This document shows, one piece after another, positions 1 through 10,269 of a stretch of DNA of 64,000 nucleotides (position 1 is the first letter of the stretch; every line of letters starts with the position of its first letter). The DNA is from an uncultured bacterium (lineage in GTDB: Bacteria; Chlamydiota; Chlamydiia; Chlamydiales; JAAKFR01): positions 1,108 to 65,107 of the forward strand of contig CAZPPS010000002.1 in NCBI GenBank assembly GCA_964588495.1, given 5' to 3'. The position numbers were made by a program, and so were the translations under genes. The notes below the pieces were generated by a model. It was given only the letters and a program-made list of their open reading frames with translations, made no database searches and was not told the DNA's origin.

Positions 1-151
1 CAAGCGAAATGCAAAGCAGAGACGCGCGAGATGGAAAGAAATTTTTTTCCCCTCTCTGCGTCTTTGAGTCTTTGCTCTCTTTGCGTTTTATTATACATTC
101 GGACACGGAAGCACGGGTTGGTCACGGTCACGGTCTCGGTCACGCACGGGG
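1..151. repeat. Right part of a nested palindromic intergenic element (heptamer/octamer-unit arms 1-95, then CACGGN-hexamer arm 100-151 ending CGGTCACGCACGG); truncated by the window edge
   Basis: Arm 100-151 (ggacacggaagcacgggttggtcacggtcacggtctcggtcacgcacgg) closely matches the right outer arms at 45070-45120 and 57279-57322. Segment 1-95 resembles the gcagaga/gcaaaga arms at 57037-57258. Confidence 0.7.
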
Positions 152-157
152 AGCAAA

Positions 158-2554
158 CTATTCTTCTTTAGAGTGCTCCGGGCTCCAGCGCCATTCGCGC
201 AGCTCGGGCATATCCTCGCCATGCTCGCGGATGTACCGTTTGTGGTCCATCAGCTTTTCGTGGATCGCCTGTTTGGCATAGGCCGCTCTGACCTGTAGCT
301 TGGGAAGGCGATCGATAACATCAGAAACCAGATGGAATCTGTCGAGATCGTTCATGACAACCATGTCAAACGGTGTGGTTGTGGTCCCTTCCTCTTTATA
401 GCCCCGTACATGCATATTGTTATGGTTGTTGCGCTTGTAGGTTAGGCGGTGAATCAGCCATGGGTAGCCATGGTAGGCAAAAATGATCGGCTTATCTTTC
501 GTGAAAAGCTCGTCAAATTCGACGTCAGTTAAGCCGTGAGGATGCTCTGATTTGGGCTGGAGTGTCATCAGGTCGACGACGTTGATCACCCTCACTTTGA
601 CCTCAGGGACCAGTTTTCTTAAAATTTCCACGGCAGCTAACGTTTCAAGGGTGGGAACATCTCCGCAGCAGGCCATGACAACATCGGGCTCAACCCCTTT
701 GTCATTGCTTGCCCAATCCCAGATTCCAATGCCCCGTGCGCAGTGTTTGATCGCCTGATCCATAGTCAGCCATTGAGGCTGCGGCTGCTTGCCTGCCACG
801 ATCACATTGACGCAATTGCGGCTTCTCAAACAATGATCGGCAACACTCAAAAGTGTGTTGGCATCGGGGGGGAAATAGACGCGGATGACGTCGGCCTTTT
901 TATTCACCACGTGATCGATAAAACCGGGATCCTGGTGGCTAAAGCCGTTATGGTCTTGTCTCCACACATGGGAAGATAAAACATAGTTTAAAGAAGCAAT
1001 AGGACGTCTCCAAGGGATGTGACGGCAAACTTTGAGCCATTTGGCATGTTGGTTGAACATGGAATCGATAATGTGGATAAAGGCCTCATACGAAGTAAAA
1101 ATTCCATGGCGCCCTGTGAGCAAATACCCTTCTAGCCACCCTTCACAGGTATGCTCGCTCAAAATTTCCATCACCCTTCCTTCGGGAGAAAGGTGGACAT
1201 CGTCTTTGGTGATCGGCTCCATCCAGACACGGTCGGACACTTCAAAAACGCTTCCTAAACGGTTAGAAGCCACTTCATCGGGGCCCATGACTCTGAAATT
1301 GGCGTTATCCATGTTCAATTTCATGATATCGCGCAAAAACATCCCTAAAGATTTGGTCGTTTCGGCCATATTTTTGCCAGGTTTTGAGACATCAATGGCA
1401 TAATCTTCAAAATTAGGCATTTTCAAGTCTTTCAGTAGCAGGCCGCCGTTGGCATGGGGATTGTCTCCCATTCTACGTGTCCCTTTGGGGGCAAGCTCTG
1501 CAAGTTCAGGGCGCAATTTCCCTTTTTCATCAAATAACTCTTCAGCTTTGTAGCTTTTGAGCCACTCCTCGAGCAATTTTATGTGATCACGCGTCATGTC
1601 GGAAAAAGGAACTTGGTGAGAGCGCCAGAAATCTTCTGTTTTTAAGCCATCCACCACTTTCGGACCTGTCCACCCTTTGGGGGATCTCAAGATCAAAATG
1701 GGCCAAATCGGCCGTTCTGTTTTTCCATTTTGGCGTGCCTCTTTTTGAATCGAAGCAATCTCCGCGATGATATCATCCAGTGTGGCTGCCATTAGCTGGT
1801 GCATACTCTCAGGATCAGAGCCTTCCACAAAATAGGGTTTGTAGCCATAGCCGATAAAGAGTTTTTCCAGCTCATTCTCGCTCATCCGCGCAAGAACTGT
1901 AGGATTGGCAATTTTGTAGCCATTGAGATGCAAAATCGGAAGGACAGCTCCATCGCGTGCCGGATTTAAGAACTTGTTGGAGTGCCAGGCAGCCGCAAGG
2001 GGGCCAGTTTCAGCTTCACCATCGCCCACAACGCAGGCAACGATCAATTTGGGATTATCAAAAGCCGCTCCATAAGCGTGAGAGACCGAATAGCCAAGTT
2101 CTCCCCCTTCATGAATCGAGCCTGGAGTTTCAGGGGCGACGTGGCTTGGGATGCCGCCTGGAAAGGAAAATTGCTTAAAGAGCTTTTGCATGCCCTCTTC
2201 ATCTTGCGTGATGTTGGGGTAATATTCGGTATAAGTCCCTTCGAGATAGGTGTTGGCAACAAGAGCGGGACCTCCATGACCAGGACCTGCAATAAAAATC
2301 ATGTCGAGATCATTTTTTTTGATGATCCGGTTGAGATGGACATACATAAAATTGAGGCCGGGAGTGGTCCCCCAGTGGCCTAAAAGCCGTGGTTTGATAT
2401 CAGATTTAGAGAGGGATTTTTTCAAAAGAGGGTTATTTAAAAGATAGATCTGACCCACAGACAGATAGTTGGCTGCGCGCCAGTAAGCATTCATCTTCTG
2501 CAATTCTTCTTTGGAAAGAGCTTCTTGTTTTTCTTTTGCGAGTGCAAGCGTCAT
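158..2554 (-). CDS. xfp: Xylulose-5-phosphate/fructose-6-phosphate phosphoketolase
   Basis: The ~800-aa ORF has an N-terminus ([29 protein letters not shown]) and EGGELGYS and GDGEAETG motifs characteristic of the XFP family. The ORF-track start is GTG 2566. I prefer ATG 2552-2554, which is preceded by GGAG. Confidence 0.9.
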   Translation of the reverse strand: MTLALAKEKQEALSKEELQKMNAYWRAANYLSVGQIYLLNNPLLKKSLSKSDIKPRLLGHWGTTPGLNFMYVHLNRIIKKNDLDMIFIAGPGHGGPALVANTYLEGTYTEYYPNITQDEEGMQKLFKQFSFPGGIPSHVAPETPGSIHEGGELGYSVSHAYGAAFDNPKLIVACVVGDGEAETGPLAAAWHSNKFLNPARDGAVLPILHLNGYKIANPTVLARMSENELEKLFIGYGYKPYFVEGSDPESMHQLMAATLDDIIAEIASIQKEARQNGKTERPIWPILILRSPKGWTGPKVVDGLKTEDFWRSHQVPFSDMTRDHIKLLEEWLKSYKAEELFDEKGKLRPELAELAPKGTRRMGDNPHANGGLLLKDLKMPNFEDYAIDVSKPGKNMAETTKSLGMFLRDIMKLNMDNANFRVMGPDEVASNRLGSVFEVSDRVWMEPITKDDVHLSPEGRVMEILSEHTCEGWLEGYLLTGRHGIFTSYEAFIHIIDSMFNQHAKWLKVCRHIPWRRPIASLNYVLSSHVWRQDHNGFSHQDPGFIDHVVNKKADVIRVYFPPDANTLLSVADHCLRSRNCVNVIVAGKQPQPQWLTMDQAIKHCARGIGIWDWASNDKGVEPDVVMACCGDVPTLETLAAVEILRKLVPEVKVRVINVVDLMTLQPKSEHPHGLTDVEFDELFTKDKPIIFAYHGYPWLIHRLTYKRNNHNNMHVRGYKEEGTTTTPFDMVVMNDLDRFHLVSDVIDRLPKLQVRAAYAKQAIHEKLMDHKRYIREHGEDMPELREWRWSPEHSKEE

Positions 2555-2602
2555 AGTTTTCTCCACTTTTAATTGAGTGCATGCGCTTTGCCTAAGAAAG
2601 TG

Positions 2603-3298
2603 TCAACTCTTTTTTTCGAATCGTTGCCGGAGAATCATGGCTATGGCAATGAGAAGTCCAAGGGCAACTAATGATAGGATGATTTGGGTGTTAAAGACCT
2701 TCGCTGTCGTTAAAGGTTCGTCGTTCACGATCATTTCTCCAATGCCAGCTCCTGCTTGTGTAAAAACGTAGGCAATTGGGATGACCCCGACAAAGGTTGT
2801 CCATAAAAAAGTCCGAAAGGGGACCTGAAAAATGACAGCAGAGACATTGATAAGCCAAAAAGGGACAAGAGGTATGAGGCGCAAAAAAATAAGAAAGCCC
2901 CAGGCATTTTTTTTAAATCCTTCTTCCATCTTCGCTAAACGGGAGCCTGTGATCTTTTTTAGCCGCTCTTTAAAAGCAGTGCGGGCCACCAGAAAAATGC
3001 AGGCAGCGCCCAGCGTTGTTGACAGAACAACATAAAGGGTGCTTAAGGGGAGAGGGAATAAAAAGCCTCCAATCAGTGCGAAAATGGCGTTTCCGGGGAA
3101 TGAAACAGATCGGAAAATAGCATAAATCAAAATAAATGCGACCGATGCCTTGATAAAATGCATTTCGACCAGCTGTTTCATATGCTCTTTGGCTTCATAG
3201 AGTGTCTTCATAGAAAAATGGCGATGGAGGGCAAAGAAAATAAGAGCTACAAGCACAAGGAGGACAATTAAAGGTATAAATGGAATAAAGCGTTTCAT
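2603..3298 (-). CDS. TVP38/TMEM64 (SNARE-associated/DedA-like) family membrane protein
   Basis: 231 aa and multi-TM. The segment FLIFLRLIPLVPFWLINVSAVIFQVPFRTFLWTTFVGVIPIAYVF matches the family signature RLiPxxPfxxxNyxxG...F...GxxP. Confidence 0.7.
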   Translation of the reverse strand: MKRFIPFIPLIVLLVLVALIFFALHRHFSMKTLYEAKEHMKQLVEMHFIKASVAFILIYAIFRSVSFPGNAIFALIGGFLFPLPLSTLYVVLSTTLGAACIFLVARTAFKERLKKITGSRLAKMEEGFKKNAWGFLIFLRLIPLVPFWLINVSAVIFQVPFRTFLWTTFVGVIPIAYVFTQAGAGIGEMIVNDEPLTTAKVFNTQIILSLVALGLLIAIAMILRQRFEKKS

Positions 3299-3379
3299 TG
3301 TTCTTCACTGCATCTCAAAAATTTGGAAGGAAAGCAACTAAAATTTGCTAAAAAACTCAGGTCGGCCTACGGTGACGTT

Positions 3380-4492
3380 ATGGTCAAAATATTTTTATTT
3401 TTTGTTTTAGTATTGCTGGCGGGCTGCGAAAAGGAAACGATTGTGGTGGAATCAGTCCGTCCTGTAAGGGCCATACAGGTTAATTTAAGCGGAGCTGAAG
3501 GACAGCAGATTTCATTCCCTGGAACTGTCAGAGCAGCGCAGCGGGCAGATCTTTCATTCCGTGTTGATGGTGTGGTGATCCTTCGCGATATTACAGTGGG
3601 ACATATTGCCCAAAAAAATGAGCTTCTGATCCAGCTCGATCCGCGTGAATATGAAATTGCCCTTAAAAAGGCGAAGGGCAAGCGGGATAGCATCCAAGCG
3701 CAGCTAGATTTTGCCCGAAGAGATTCTGAGCGGATGCAAAATATCTACAAAAAAGATCCAGGAGCCATCAGCGAGAGTATGCTCGATCGAAAAAAAGAGC
3801 AGATCAATCAATTTCAAGGTGAGCTTGAGGTAGCTGATGGAGAAGTGCAAAAAGCAGATGATGATCTAGCTTATACACAATTAAAAGCCCCTTTTGACGG
3901 CGTAGTAGCGGCCATTTATGTCGAAAATCACGAACAGCTCAGAGCTAAGCAGCCCGCTCTCCGTTTTTTGGATATTGCTGAAAGGGAAATGGAAATCCAG
4001 GTTCCTGAAAAATACATCAATGCGTTCATCGATAAAAAGTTGGAGCTGGAATTTCAGGTCAAACTCGATGCTTTTGCAGGGAAAGTTTTTTCTGCCTCGA
4101 TTAAAGAGATTGGCACCGAAGCGTCCGCATCTACGTTAACGTATCCTGTCACGTTAAGTGTTCACAATATTCCTCTCGATTATACCCTTCTTCCTGGAAT
4201 GAGTGGCCAGGCATTTCTGAAACTGCCGAAAGCTACTGTTGAAAAAGTGATCCTGATTCCTAAGAGTGCCATTTTCACAGACAATTTGCATGCAGACGCT
4301 GTGTGGGTCATCAATACAAAAACTGAAAGGGTTCACCGCAAAGCCATCCGTGTCAAGAGCTCCTCTTCCGATTGTGTGGAGGTATTGGAAGGGCTTAATG
4401 ACCGGGATTGGATTGTCATTGCAGGGACCAGCTTCTTAAGCGAAGGGCAAAAAGTGATTATCGAGAAGGAAAACGCTCGATGCGGAAGCTGA
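3380..4492 (+). CDS. Efflux RND transporter periplasmic adaptor subunit (HlyD/MFP family lipoprotein)
   Basis: The signal/lipobox MVKIFLFFVLVLLAGC begins at ATG 3380; the ORF-track start at 3323 is TTG. The fold order is beta-barrel, coiled-coil hairpin, lipoyl-like. Its stop overlaps the start of the downstream RND pump. Confidence 0.85.
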   Translation: MVKIFLFFVLVLLAGCEKETIVVESVRPVRAIQVNLSGAEGQQISFPGTVRAAQRADLSFRVDGVVILRDITVGHIAQKNELLIQLDPREYEIALKKAKGKRDSIQAQLDFARRDSERMQNIYKKDPGAISESMLDRKKEQINQFQGELEVADGEVQKADDDLAYTQLKAPFDGVVAAIYVENHEQLRAKQPALRFLDIAEREMEIQVPEKYINAFIDKKLELEFQVKLDAFAGKVFSASIKEIGTEASASTLTYPVTLSVHNIPLDYTLLPGMSGQAFLKLPKATVEKVILIPKSAIFTDNLHADAVWVINTKTERVHRKAIRVKSSSSDCVEVLEGLNDRDWIVIAGTSFLSEGQKVIIEKENARCGS

Positions 4493-7400
4493 TTGAGTTT
4501 GGTCTTCAAAACAAAGCCTTAATGGCCCTCATCACGGCGATCATTCTCATTGGAGGAATCTTCAGCTTTTTTGCTCTAGGCCGTCTTGAGGATCCCCCTT
4601 TTAGTGTAAAATCTGCCCTTGTCATTACTCAATATCCCGGAGCTAATCCAGAAGAGGTGGAGCAGGAGGTGACAGACCGTCTAGAAACCGCTATCCAGCA
4701 GCTACCGCAGGTCAAACACATCTACTCCATGTCCCGAGAGGGACTTTCATACATTAAAGTCGATATTAAAGACCGCTATTGGGCAAAAGATCTTCCACAG
4801 GTTTGGGATGAGTTGCGCAGAAAGGTGAACGACACAGCCCCTTCACTTCCACCAGGAGTGGAAACGCCAAGGGTGGTCGATGATTTTGGTTTTGTGTTTG
4901 GTTTTTTGCTTGCCATCACAGGGGAGGGATTTAGCTACGCCGATCTTGAAGATATCGCAGAGAATATCCAAAAGCAGCTCTATTTGGTTCCCAATATCGC
5001 CCGAATTGATCTGTGGGGTGTGCAGCAAAGGGTGATCCATTTAGATGTTTCCAATCAGAAACTCTCTGAGCTGCGCATTTCACCGCAAACCATCTTCGAT
5101 CTTTTGAATAAACAAAATATGGTGGTGAACGCAGGTGCGCTCGACCAGGGACAAATCCGTTATCCGATGCACATCACAGGGGAATTTAATGCCCCTGAGG
5201 AGATTGCAGGGCTCATCATCACTCCACGCACAAATGATCTTTTCCAAAATGCCCTTTTAGAAGAGCAAACTAAAAAAGTGGGAAGTGAATCATTTTCTCA
5301 GGCCATTGCGAGCAACTCCAAGAACAAATTTACCCTTGGAGATATTGCTAAAACCACTGTGGGCTACCAAACGCCTCCTGTCAAAATTCTCAAATTCAAT
5401 GGTCAGGATGCTGTTGGAATACAAATTGCCGGAACAGAAGATAGCAATATTGTGGAAGTGGGAAGGAATCTCGATGCCAAGCTCCAAAATATCCAGGCAA
5501 GCCTTCCCGTAGGGGTTGAGATCCATAAGATCTCGTGGCAATCAGAGATTGTCGATGAATCGGTCTCTAGCTTTGTGATCAGCATGATCGAAGCGATCAT
5601 TATCGTTTTAGTCGTTCTTCTGATCCCAAGCGGACTCCGGATGGGGGGAATCATCGGTCTTGGACTGATTCTGACCATCCTTGCGACACTTCTCTATATG
5701 TATTTCATGAAAATCCCTTTAGAACGGATGTCTCTTGGAGCTTTGATCATCGCAATGGGAATGATGGTGGACAACTCCATTGTGATCTCAGATGGGATTG
5801 CTGTGAATTTACGTAAAGGGATGAAACCTTTTGAAGCGGCCATGCGAGCTGCAAAAGCCCCCGCTCTTCCCCTTCTTTTTGCCACAATCATTGCGATCAT
5901 GTCCTTTTTTCCTATTTATGCTTCAGAGGGCTCTACAGGGGAATATTGCAGAACTCTTTTCATCATCGTTGCAGTTTCTTTGTTAATCAGTTGGTTTGTG
6001 GCTCTTTTAATGACGCCGCAACATTGTCTCTGGCTTTTGCCAAAAGCCAAAGTCGAGTCAGAAAAAGATGAATTTCACACCCCATTTTTCAATAGTTTCA
6101 GAAAAGCCTTATATGGTGTTTTGGATCATAAAATTGCTGTGTTGATTTTACTTGTAGGGCTCCTTGCCCTTTCCTTTTTCGGCTTTAAATTTGTCACACA
6201 GCTTTTTTTTCCTTTTTCTACAAGACCGCAGCTGATGGTCGATTATTGGGCTCCTGCCTCGACGACAATTCAAGAAGTTGCTCTAAGAACCTCTGAGATG
6301 GAAAAAACATTCAGCAAAACCGATACTGTCACCTCAGTTTCCAGTTTCATTGGGGCTGGCCCTCCAAGATTTTACCTGCCCGTCGATCCTGAATTCATTT
6401 TCCCAAACTATGCTCAGCTGCTTGTTAATTTTAAAAAATACAAGGATATCGATCCCTTTATTGAGCAAAATAAGGAGTATCTTCAGAAGAATTTTCCGGA
6501 AGCTTTGATCCGGATTCGAAAATTTAATGTGGGCCCAGGAGATGCCTGGAAGTTTGAACTCCGCGTTTTAGCCCCTCCCAATGCAAATGGAGCTGTTTTG
6601 AGACAAACAGGAGAGGCGCTTTTGGGTAAAATCCGCAAATCTCCCCTTGGAACCGATTGGCGGCTCGATATTATGAACCCGATCAGAGAATTGAAGTTTG
6701 AGTATGATCAAAAAAGGGCACGCTCTGTTGGGATTTCAAGAAAAGATCTCGGAAATGGGCTCCAACGGAGCTACGATGGCTTAAATGTGGGTCTTTATCG
6801 GGAGAAAAACAAACTTTATCCGATCCAGCTGCGCAGCAGTGAAGAAGAGCGTAACAATCTCATTTCCCATTTAGATACTCTTCCCACAAGGGGAGAGGCA
6901 CAAGTGAGTTCAGTGCCTCTATCTCAAACGATCAATAGCTCTGAATTTGTTTGGCAAGAGCCCTATGTTCTCCGTTGGGATCGGCAAAGACAGGTAGCCA
7001 TCCAAGGCTCACCCATTTTGAGCTCCACCTTTCCCGATCTTAAAAAAAGTGTCATCGGAGAAGTCGAAAATTTCCCTCTGCCGAAAAACTATTCCCTTTT
7101 TTGGGATGGAGAAGAAGATAGCAGCTCAACTGCCATAAAACAGCTTCTGCCCGGAATTGTTCCCACAATTATTGTCATTTTGCTCTGTCTTGTGGCCACT
7201 TTTAAAGATTTTCGCCCCCTCATGGTGATTCTACTGACGATCCCTTTTGCGTTCATTGGGATTACGGCAAGTTTACTTATCTTCAACGTCCCTTTTGGCT
7301 TCATGGCCCTTTTAGGAGCCATGAGCTTGGCCGGAATGATGAATAAAAATATCGTGGTTTTGCTAGATGCGTGTAATGAAAATATTGCCAAAGGAATGGA

Positions 7401-7623
7401 CCCCTACCACGCCATTGTAGAGGCCTCTGTTCAGAGAGCGAGGCCTGTGATGTTGGCAGCAGGAACGACCATTCTTGGGGTGATTCCCCTTCTTAAAGAC
7501 GTATTTTGGACAGGTTTAGCAGTTGCGATTATGGGAGGCTTAGCCGTTGGCTCCCTTTTGACTCTAGCAGCTGTCCCGCTTTTTTACACAATCGTTTATC
7601 GCCTCAAGAGGCCTACACAATGA
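4480..7623 (+). CDS. Efflux RND transporter permease subunit (AcrB/AcrD/AcrF family)
   Basis: About 1047 aa from ATG 4480 (MRKLIEFGLQNKALMALI...), with 12-TM architecture and two large periplasmic loops. It sits between the adaptor and the outer-membrane factor. The upstream extension to 4408 overlaps the adaptor CDS and is rejected. Confidence 0.9.
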   Translation: MRKLIEFGLQNKALMALITAIILIGGIFSFFALGRLEDPPFSVKSALVITQYPGANPEEVEQEVTDRLETAIQQLPQVKHIYSMSREGLSYIKVDIKDRYWAKDLPQVWDELRRKVNDTAPSLPPGVETPRVVDDFGFVFGFLLAITGEGFSYADLEDIAENIQKQLYLVPNIARIDLWGVQQRVIHLDVSNQKLSELRISPQTIFDLLNKQNMVVNAGALDQGQIRYPMHITGEFNAPEEIAGLIITPRTNDLFQNALLEEQTKKVGSESFSQAIASNSKNKFTLGDIAKTTVGYQTPPVKILKFNGQDAVGIQIAGTEDSNIVEVGRNLDAKLQNIQASLPVGVEIHKISWQSEIVDESVSSFVISMIEAIIIVLVVLLIPSGLRMGGIIGLGLILTILATLLYMYFMKIPLERMSLGALIIAMGMMVDNSIVISDGIAVNLRKGMKPFEAAMRAAKAPALPLLFATIIAIMSFFPIYASEGSTGEYCRTLFIIVAVSLLISWFVALLMTPQHCLWLLPKAKVESEKDEFHTPFFNSFRKALYGVLDHKIAVLILLVGLLALSFFGFKFVTQLFFPFSTRPQLMVDYWAPASTTIQEVALRTSEMEKTFSKTDTVTSVSSFIGAGPPRFYLPVDPEFIFPNYAQLLVNFKKYKDIDPFIEQNKEYLQKNFPEALIRIRKFNVGPGDAWKFELRVLAPPNANGAVLRQTGEALLGKIRKSPLGTDWRLDIMNPIRELKFEYDQKRARSVGISRKDLGNGLQRSYDGLNVGLYREKNKLYPIQLRSSEEERNNLISHLDTLPTRGEAQVSSVPLSQTINSSEFVWQEPYVLRWDRQRQVAIQGSPILSSTFPDLKKSVIGEVENFPLPKNYSLFWDGEEDSSSTAIKQLLPGIVPTIIVILLCLVATFKDFRPLMVILLTIPFAFIGITASLLIFNVPFGFMALLGAMSLAGMMNKNIVVLLDACNENIAKGMDPYHAIVEASVQRARPVMLAAGTTILGVIPLLKDVFWTGLAVAIMGGLAVGSLLTLAAVPLFYTIVYRLKRPTQ

Positions 7624-9020
7624 AAATTGCCTATTTTTTAATCTTTCTCGCGATGGCAGGCTGTATCCGTGTAGGTCCTGACTATAGCCCCCCAGCAACT
7701 CAACAAGAAACTAATTGGACAGAACACTCAGAAGCGCTCATTCCAAATCCGCAGGTCCCAGCCTGCTGGTGGTACGCTTTTGGGGATGAAACTTTAAATG
7801 AGATCATTGCTTACGCACTCATTCAAAATTACACTGTAGAAGCTGCTGCCGATCGGATTATCGCAGCCCGCGCCAATTTAGGTTTTGCTATCGGGGAGTG
7901 GTTTCCACAAACATTTCAGCTCGAAGCGTCAGCAATCCGGTATCATTTAAGTAAAAATGCCCCCAATGCTTCCATGATTAATAGAGACTATTGGGATCTT
8001 ATTTTAGGCCTGCGCGTGAATTGGGAAATCGATTTTTGGGGACGCTACGCGCGGGGGATAGAGGCTGCCTATGGAGAATATGTAGCCTCCATAGATGAAC
8101 TTCAAGATATTCAGCGGCTTTTAATTGCCGACATTGTCACAAACTATGTGCAGCTCAAAACCATTATCAAACGGATAAAGACGCTAGAAATTAACATTGC
8201 GATCCAACACAGAAGCTTTGAAATTACCGAAGTGCGCTTTGAAAGCGGCTACGAATCGCAGCTCGATAATGTACAAGCCGGAGCCCTTTGGAAAGAGACA
8301 GAGGCCCGAAAAAATGTTCTAGAGATAGAAAAGAAACGGTTTTACACAACGATCGCTCTTCTTTTAGGGCTCACCCCAGAAGAATTGGCCTGTTATTTTG
8401 ATGTGGAACTCGGCCCCCTTCAGGTGCCTAGAGAGGCAGAAATCAGCTTTCCTGCCCAAATTTTGTGCCAAAGACCCGATTTACGGAGAAGTCGCGATCT
8501 GATCTTTGCCCAAAATGCCCGTGTTGGGATTGCTGTGAGTGATTTATATCCGCGGATCTCGTTCACAGGCTTTATCGGTTTTGAATCGACCGGCAAGGAT
8601 TTTTTAAGTAAAAGCAGCCTCACCTTTTTCTACGGCCCCTCGATTGTGTGGCCCTTTTTCAGCTTTGGCCGCATCCAAAATCGGATTAAGGAGCAATACG
8701 CCTTGCTTGCCAATCAAATCGCTCTCTACCGCAACCAGACCCTAACAGCCTTTAAAGAGGTGGAAGATGCTCTCACCTTCTTTGTCAAAGCGATGGAAGA
8801 GACCAAAAACCTAGAAGAAAGCTACGCCTTTGCCAAAAGATCGGTCGAAATCTCCACCCTTCAATACCAAGAAGGGATTGCCGACTACTCAAGGGTGCTC
8901 AACTCCCTCCAACTCCAAGTCAATGCCCAAGACCGCCTCGATCAGGCCTACGGCGATATCGGCCTTGCCTTCGCCTCCATCTACCGCGCCCTTGGCATCT
9001 TTTCCCCCTGCTGCCCCTAG
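7620..9020 (+). CDS. Efflux transporter outer-membrane factor lipoprotein, NodT family
   Basis: MKIAYFLIFLAMAGC lipobox followed by VGPDYSPP, the classic NodT N-terminus. ATG 7620 forms an ATGA overlap with the pump stop. The protein is TolC-like with two repeats. Confidence 0.88.
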   Translation: MKIAYFLIFLAMAGCIRVGPDYSPPATQQETNWTEHSEALIPNPQVPACWWYAFGDETLNEIIAYALIQNYTVEAAADRIIAARANLGFAIGEWFPQTFQLEASAIRYHLSKNAPNASMINRDYWDLILGLRVNWEIDFWGRYARGIEAAYGEYVASIDELQDIQRLLIADIVTNYVQLKTIIKRIKTLEINIAIQHRSFEITEVRFESGYESQLDNVQAGALWKETEARKNVLEIEKKRFYTTIALLLGLTPEELACYFDVELGPLQVPREAEISFPAQILCQRPDLRRSRDLIFAQNARVGIAVSDLYPRISFTGFIGFESTGKDFLSKSSLTFFYGPSIVWPFFSFGRIQNRIKEQYALLANQIALYRNQTLTAFKEVEDALTFFVKAMEETKNLEESYAFAKRSVEISTLQYQEGIADYSRVLNSLQLQVNAQDRLDQAYGDIGLAFASIYRALGIFSPCCP

Positions 9021-9025
9021 TCATT

Positions 9026-9060
9026 CATGCAATTTCAAGATAAAATCTTGAAATTGCATG
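9026..9060 (+). terminator. Perfect 16-bp stem / 3-nt loop hairpin after the efflux operon
   Basis: catgcaatttcaagat-aaa-atcttgaaattgcatg starts 6 nt after the stop. The downstream T-tract is weak (gtctttcgg). Confidence 0.55.
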
Positions 9061-9082
9061 GTCTTTCGGATAAAATTAAGAT

Positions 9083-10240
9083 ATGTACCTCCATCGTAAA
9101 CTAGAACAGCCTCTTAAAGAGGCATTGAATCAATTTCCTGTTGTCCTTGTGACGGGAGCTCGGCAAGCGGGCAAATCAACTTTACTGCAGCACTCTTTGA
9201 AAGGGTATCACTATGTCACCTTCGATGACATTTTAGTCCGGCAATTGGCAGCTTCAGATCCTGCGCTTTTCCTCAAAACATATAAGACCCCGTTGATCAT
9301 TGACGAGATTCAATATGTCCCCTCCATTCTCCCTTACATCAAGATGAGAGTTGATGCAGATCGCCACAACTACGGACAATACGTGCTGACAGGTTCCCAG
9401 GTTTTTCCTCTCATGAAAGGAGTTTCAGAGTCTTTGGCAGGAAGGATTGCGATCTTTCAGCTCTACCCGTTGGACTGGGAGGAAATTCGGGACAAGGATC
9501 TCTATGATGAAATAAAAGTTGCTGAGCAGATGTTAAAGGGATTTTATCCCGAATTCCAGGTTCAACCTCAGCTCAATCCCAAATTTTGGCATAGCGCGTA
9601 TCTCTCAACTTATCTTGAACGGGATCTTCGGGCGATGCGAAATATTCAGGATTTGGGACAATTTCAACGCTTTCTTGTGTTATTGGCTGCCCGCGCAGGT
9701 CAACTTCTTAATTTGAATGAGATAGGAAAGGAATGTGGGATTTCTCAAACCACGGCAAAAGACTGGTTGGTGCTTCTTCAGGCGACATCGATTGTCTATG
9801 TACTTGAACCTTATGCGAGAAACTTGACAAAGCGGGTTATTAAGACCGCCAAACTCTTTTTTGTCGATACAGGTCTTCTCTGCTATCTCTTACGTATCGA
9901 AAATGCTGAGCAGTTGATCTTTTCCCCCTTTTCAGGACATGTATTTGAGAATATGGTTGTTATGGAAAGGATCAAACGTTTTGCGGGAAAAGGGGAGAGG
10001 GCGCCCTGCTATTTTTACCGCACAAGTGCTGGTCTTGAAATTGATCTCTTGCTCGATTATGGAGACCATTTTGATGCTTTTGAGATCAAATTTTCAGCGA
10101 CGCCCAATCAAGAAATGACCCGCTCCCTGGCTCAGTTTAAAAATGAATTTCCCGTGAAAAAAGCAGCGCTTCTCAACCTCAGAAAAGAGATGCTACCATT
10201 TTCGAATGGAGTCGTAGCTGAACACTGGAGCTCATTTTAA
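9083..10240 (+). CDS. AAA+ family ATPase with C-terminal DUF4143-like domain
   Basis: Walker A VTGARQAGKST and Walker B LIIDEIQ. The overall layout and ~385 aa length are typical of the 'ATP-binding protein, AAA + DUF4143' family. Confidence 0.7.
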   Translation: MYLHRKLEQPLKEALNQFPVVLVTGARQAGKSTLLQHSLKGYHYVTFDDILVRQLAASDPALFLKTYKTPLIIDEIQYVPSILPYIKMRVDADRHNYGQYVLTGSQVFPLMKGVSESLAGRIAIFQLYPLDWEEIRDKDLYDEIKVAEQMLKGFYPEFQVQPQLNPKFWHSAYLSTYLERDLRAMRNIQDLGQFQRFLVLLAARAGQLLNLNEIGKECGISQTTAKDWLVLLQATSIVYVLEPYARNLTKRVIKTAKLFFVDTGLLCYLLRIENAEQLIFSPFSGHVFENMVVMERIKRFAGKGERAPCYFYRTSAGLEIDLLLDYGDHFDAFEIKFSATPNQEMTRSLAQFKNEFPVKKAALLNLRKEMLPFSNGVVAEHWSSF

Positions 10241-10269
10241 GCTTGGCCTGTAAATTGCTATAAACAGGG

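Noticed and set aside
9-281. 90-aa plus-strand ORF at the window start.
   Set aside because: It is a translation of the stop-poor nested repeat (…GHGHGLGH…) running into the antisense of the phosphoketolase 3' end. It has no coding character.
4408-4479. Upstream extensions of the RND pump ORF (from 4408) and of the OMF ORF (from 7506).
   Set aside because: The extensions overlap the preceding CDS in another frame. The internal ATGs (4480 and 7620) give canonical N-termini and start/stop coupling.
9083-10240. The AAA+/DUF4143 ATPase as part of a defence system.
   Set aside because: It stands alone between an efflux operon and psd, with no nuclease, methylase or partner gene. This family is commonly solitary.
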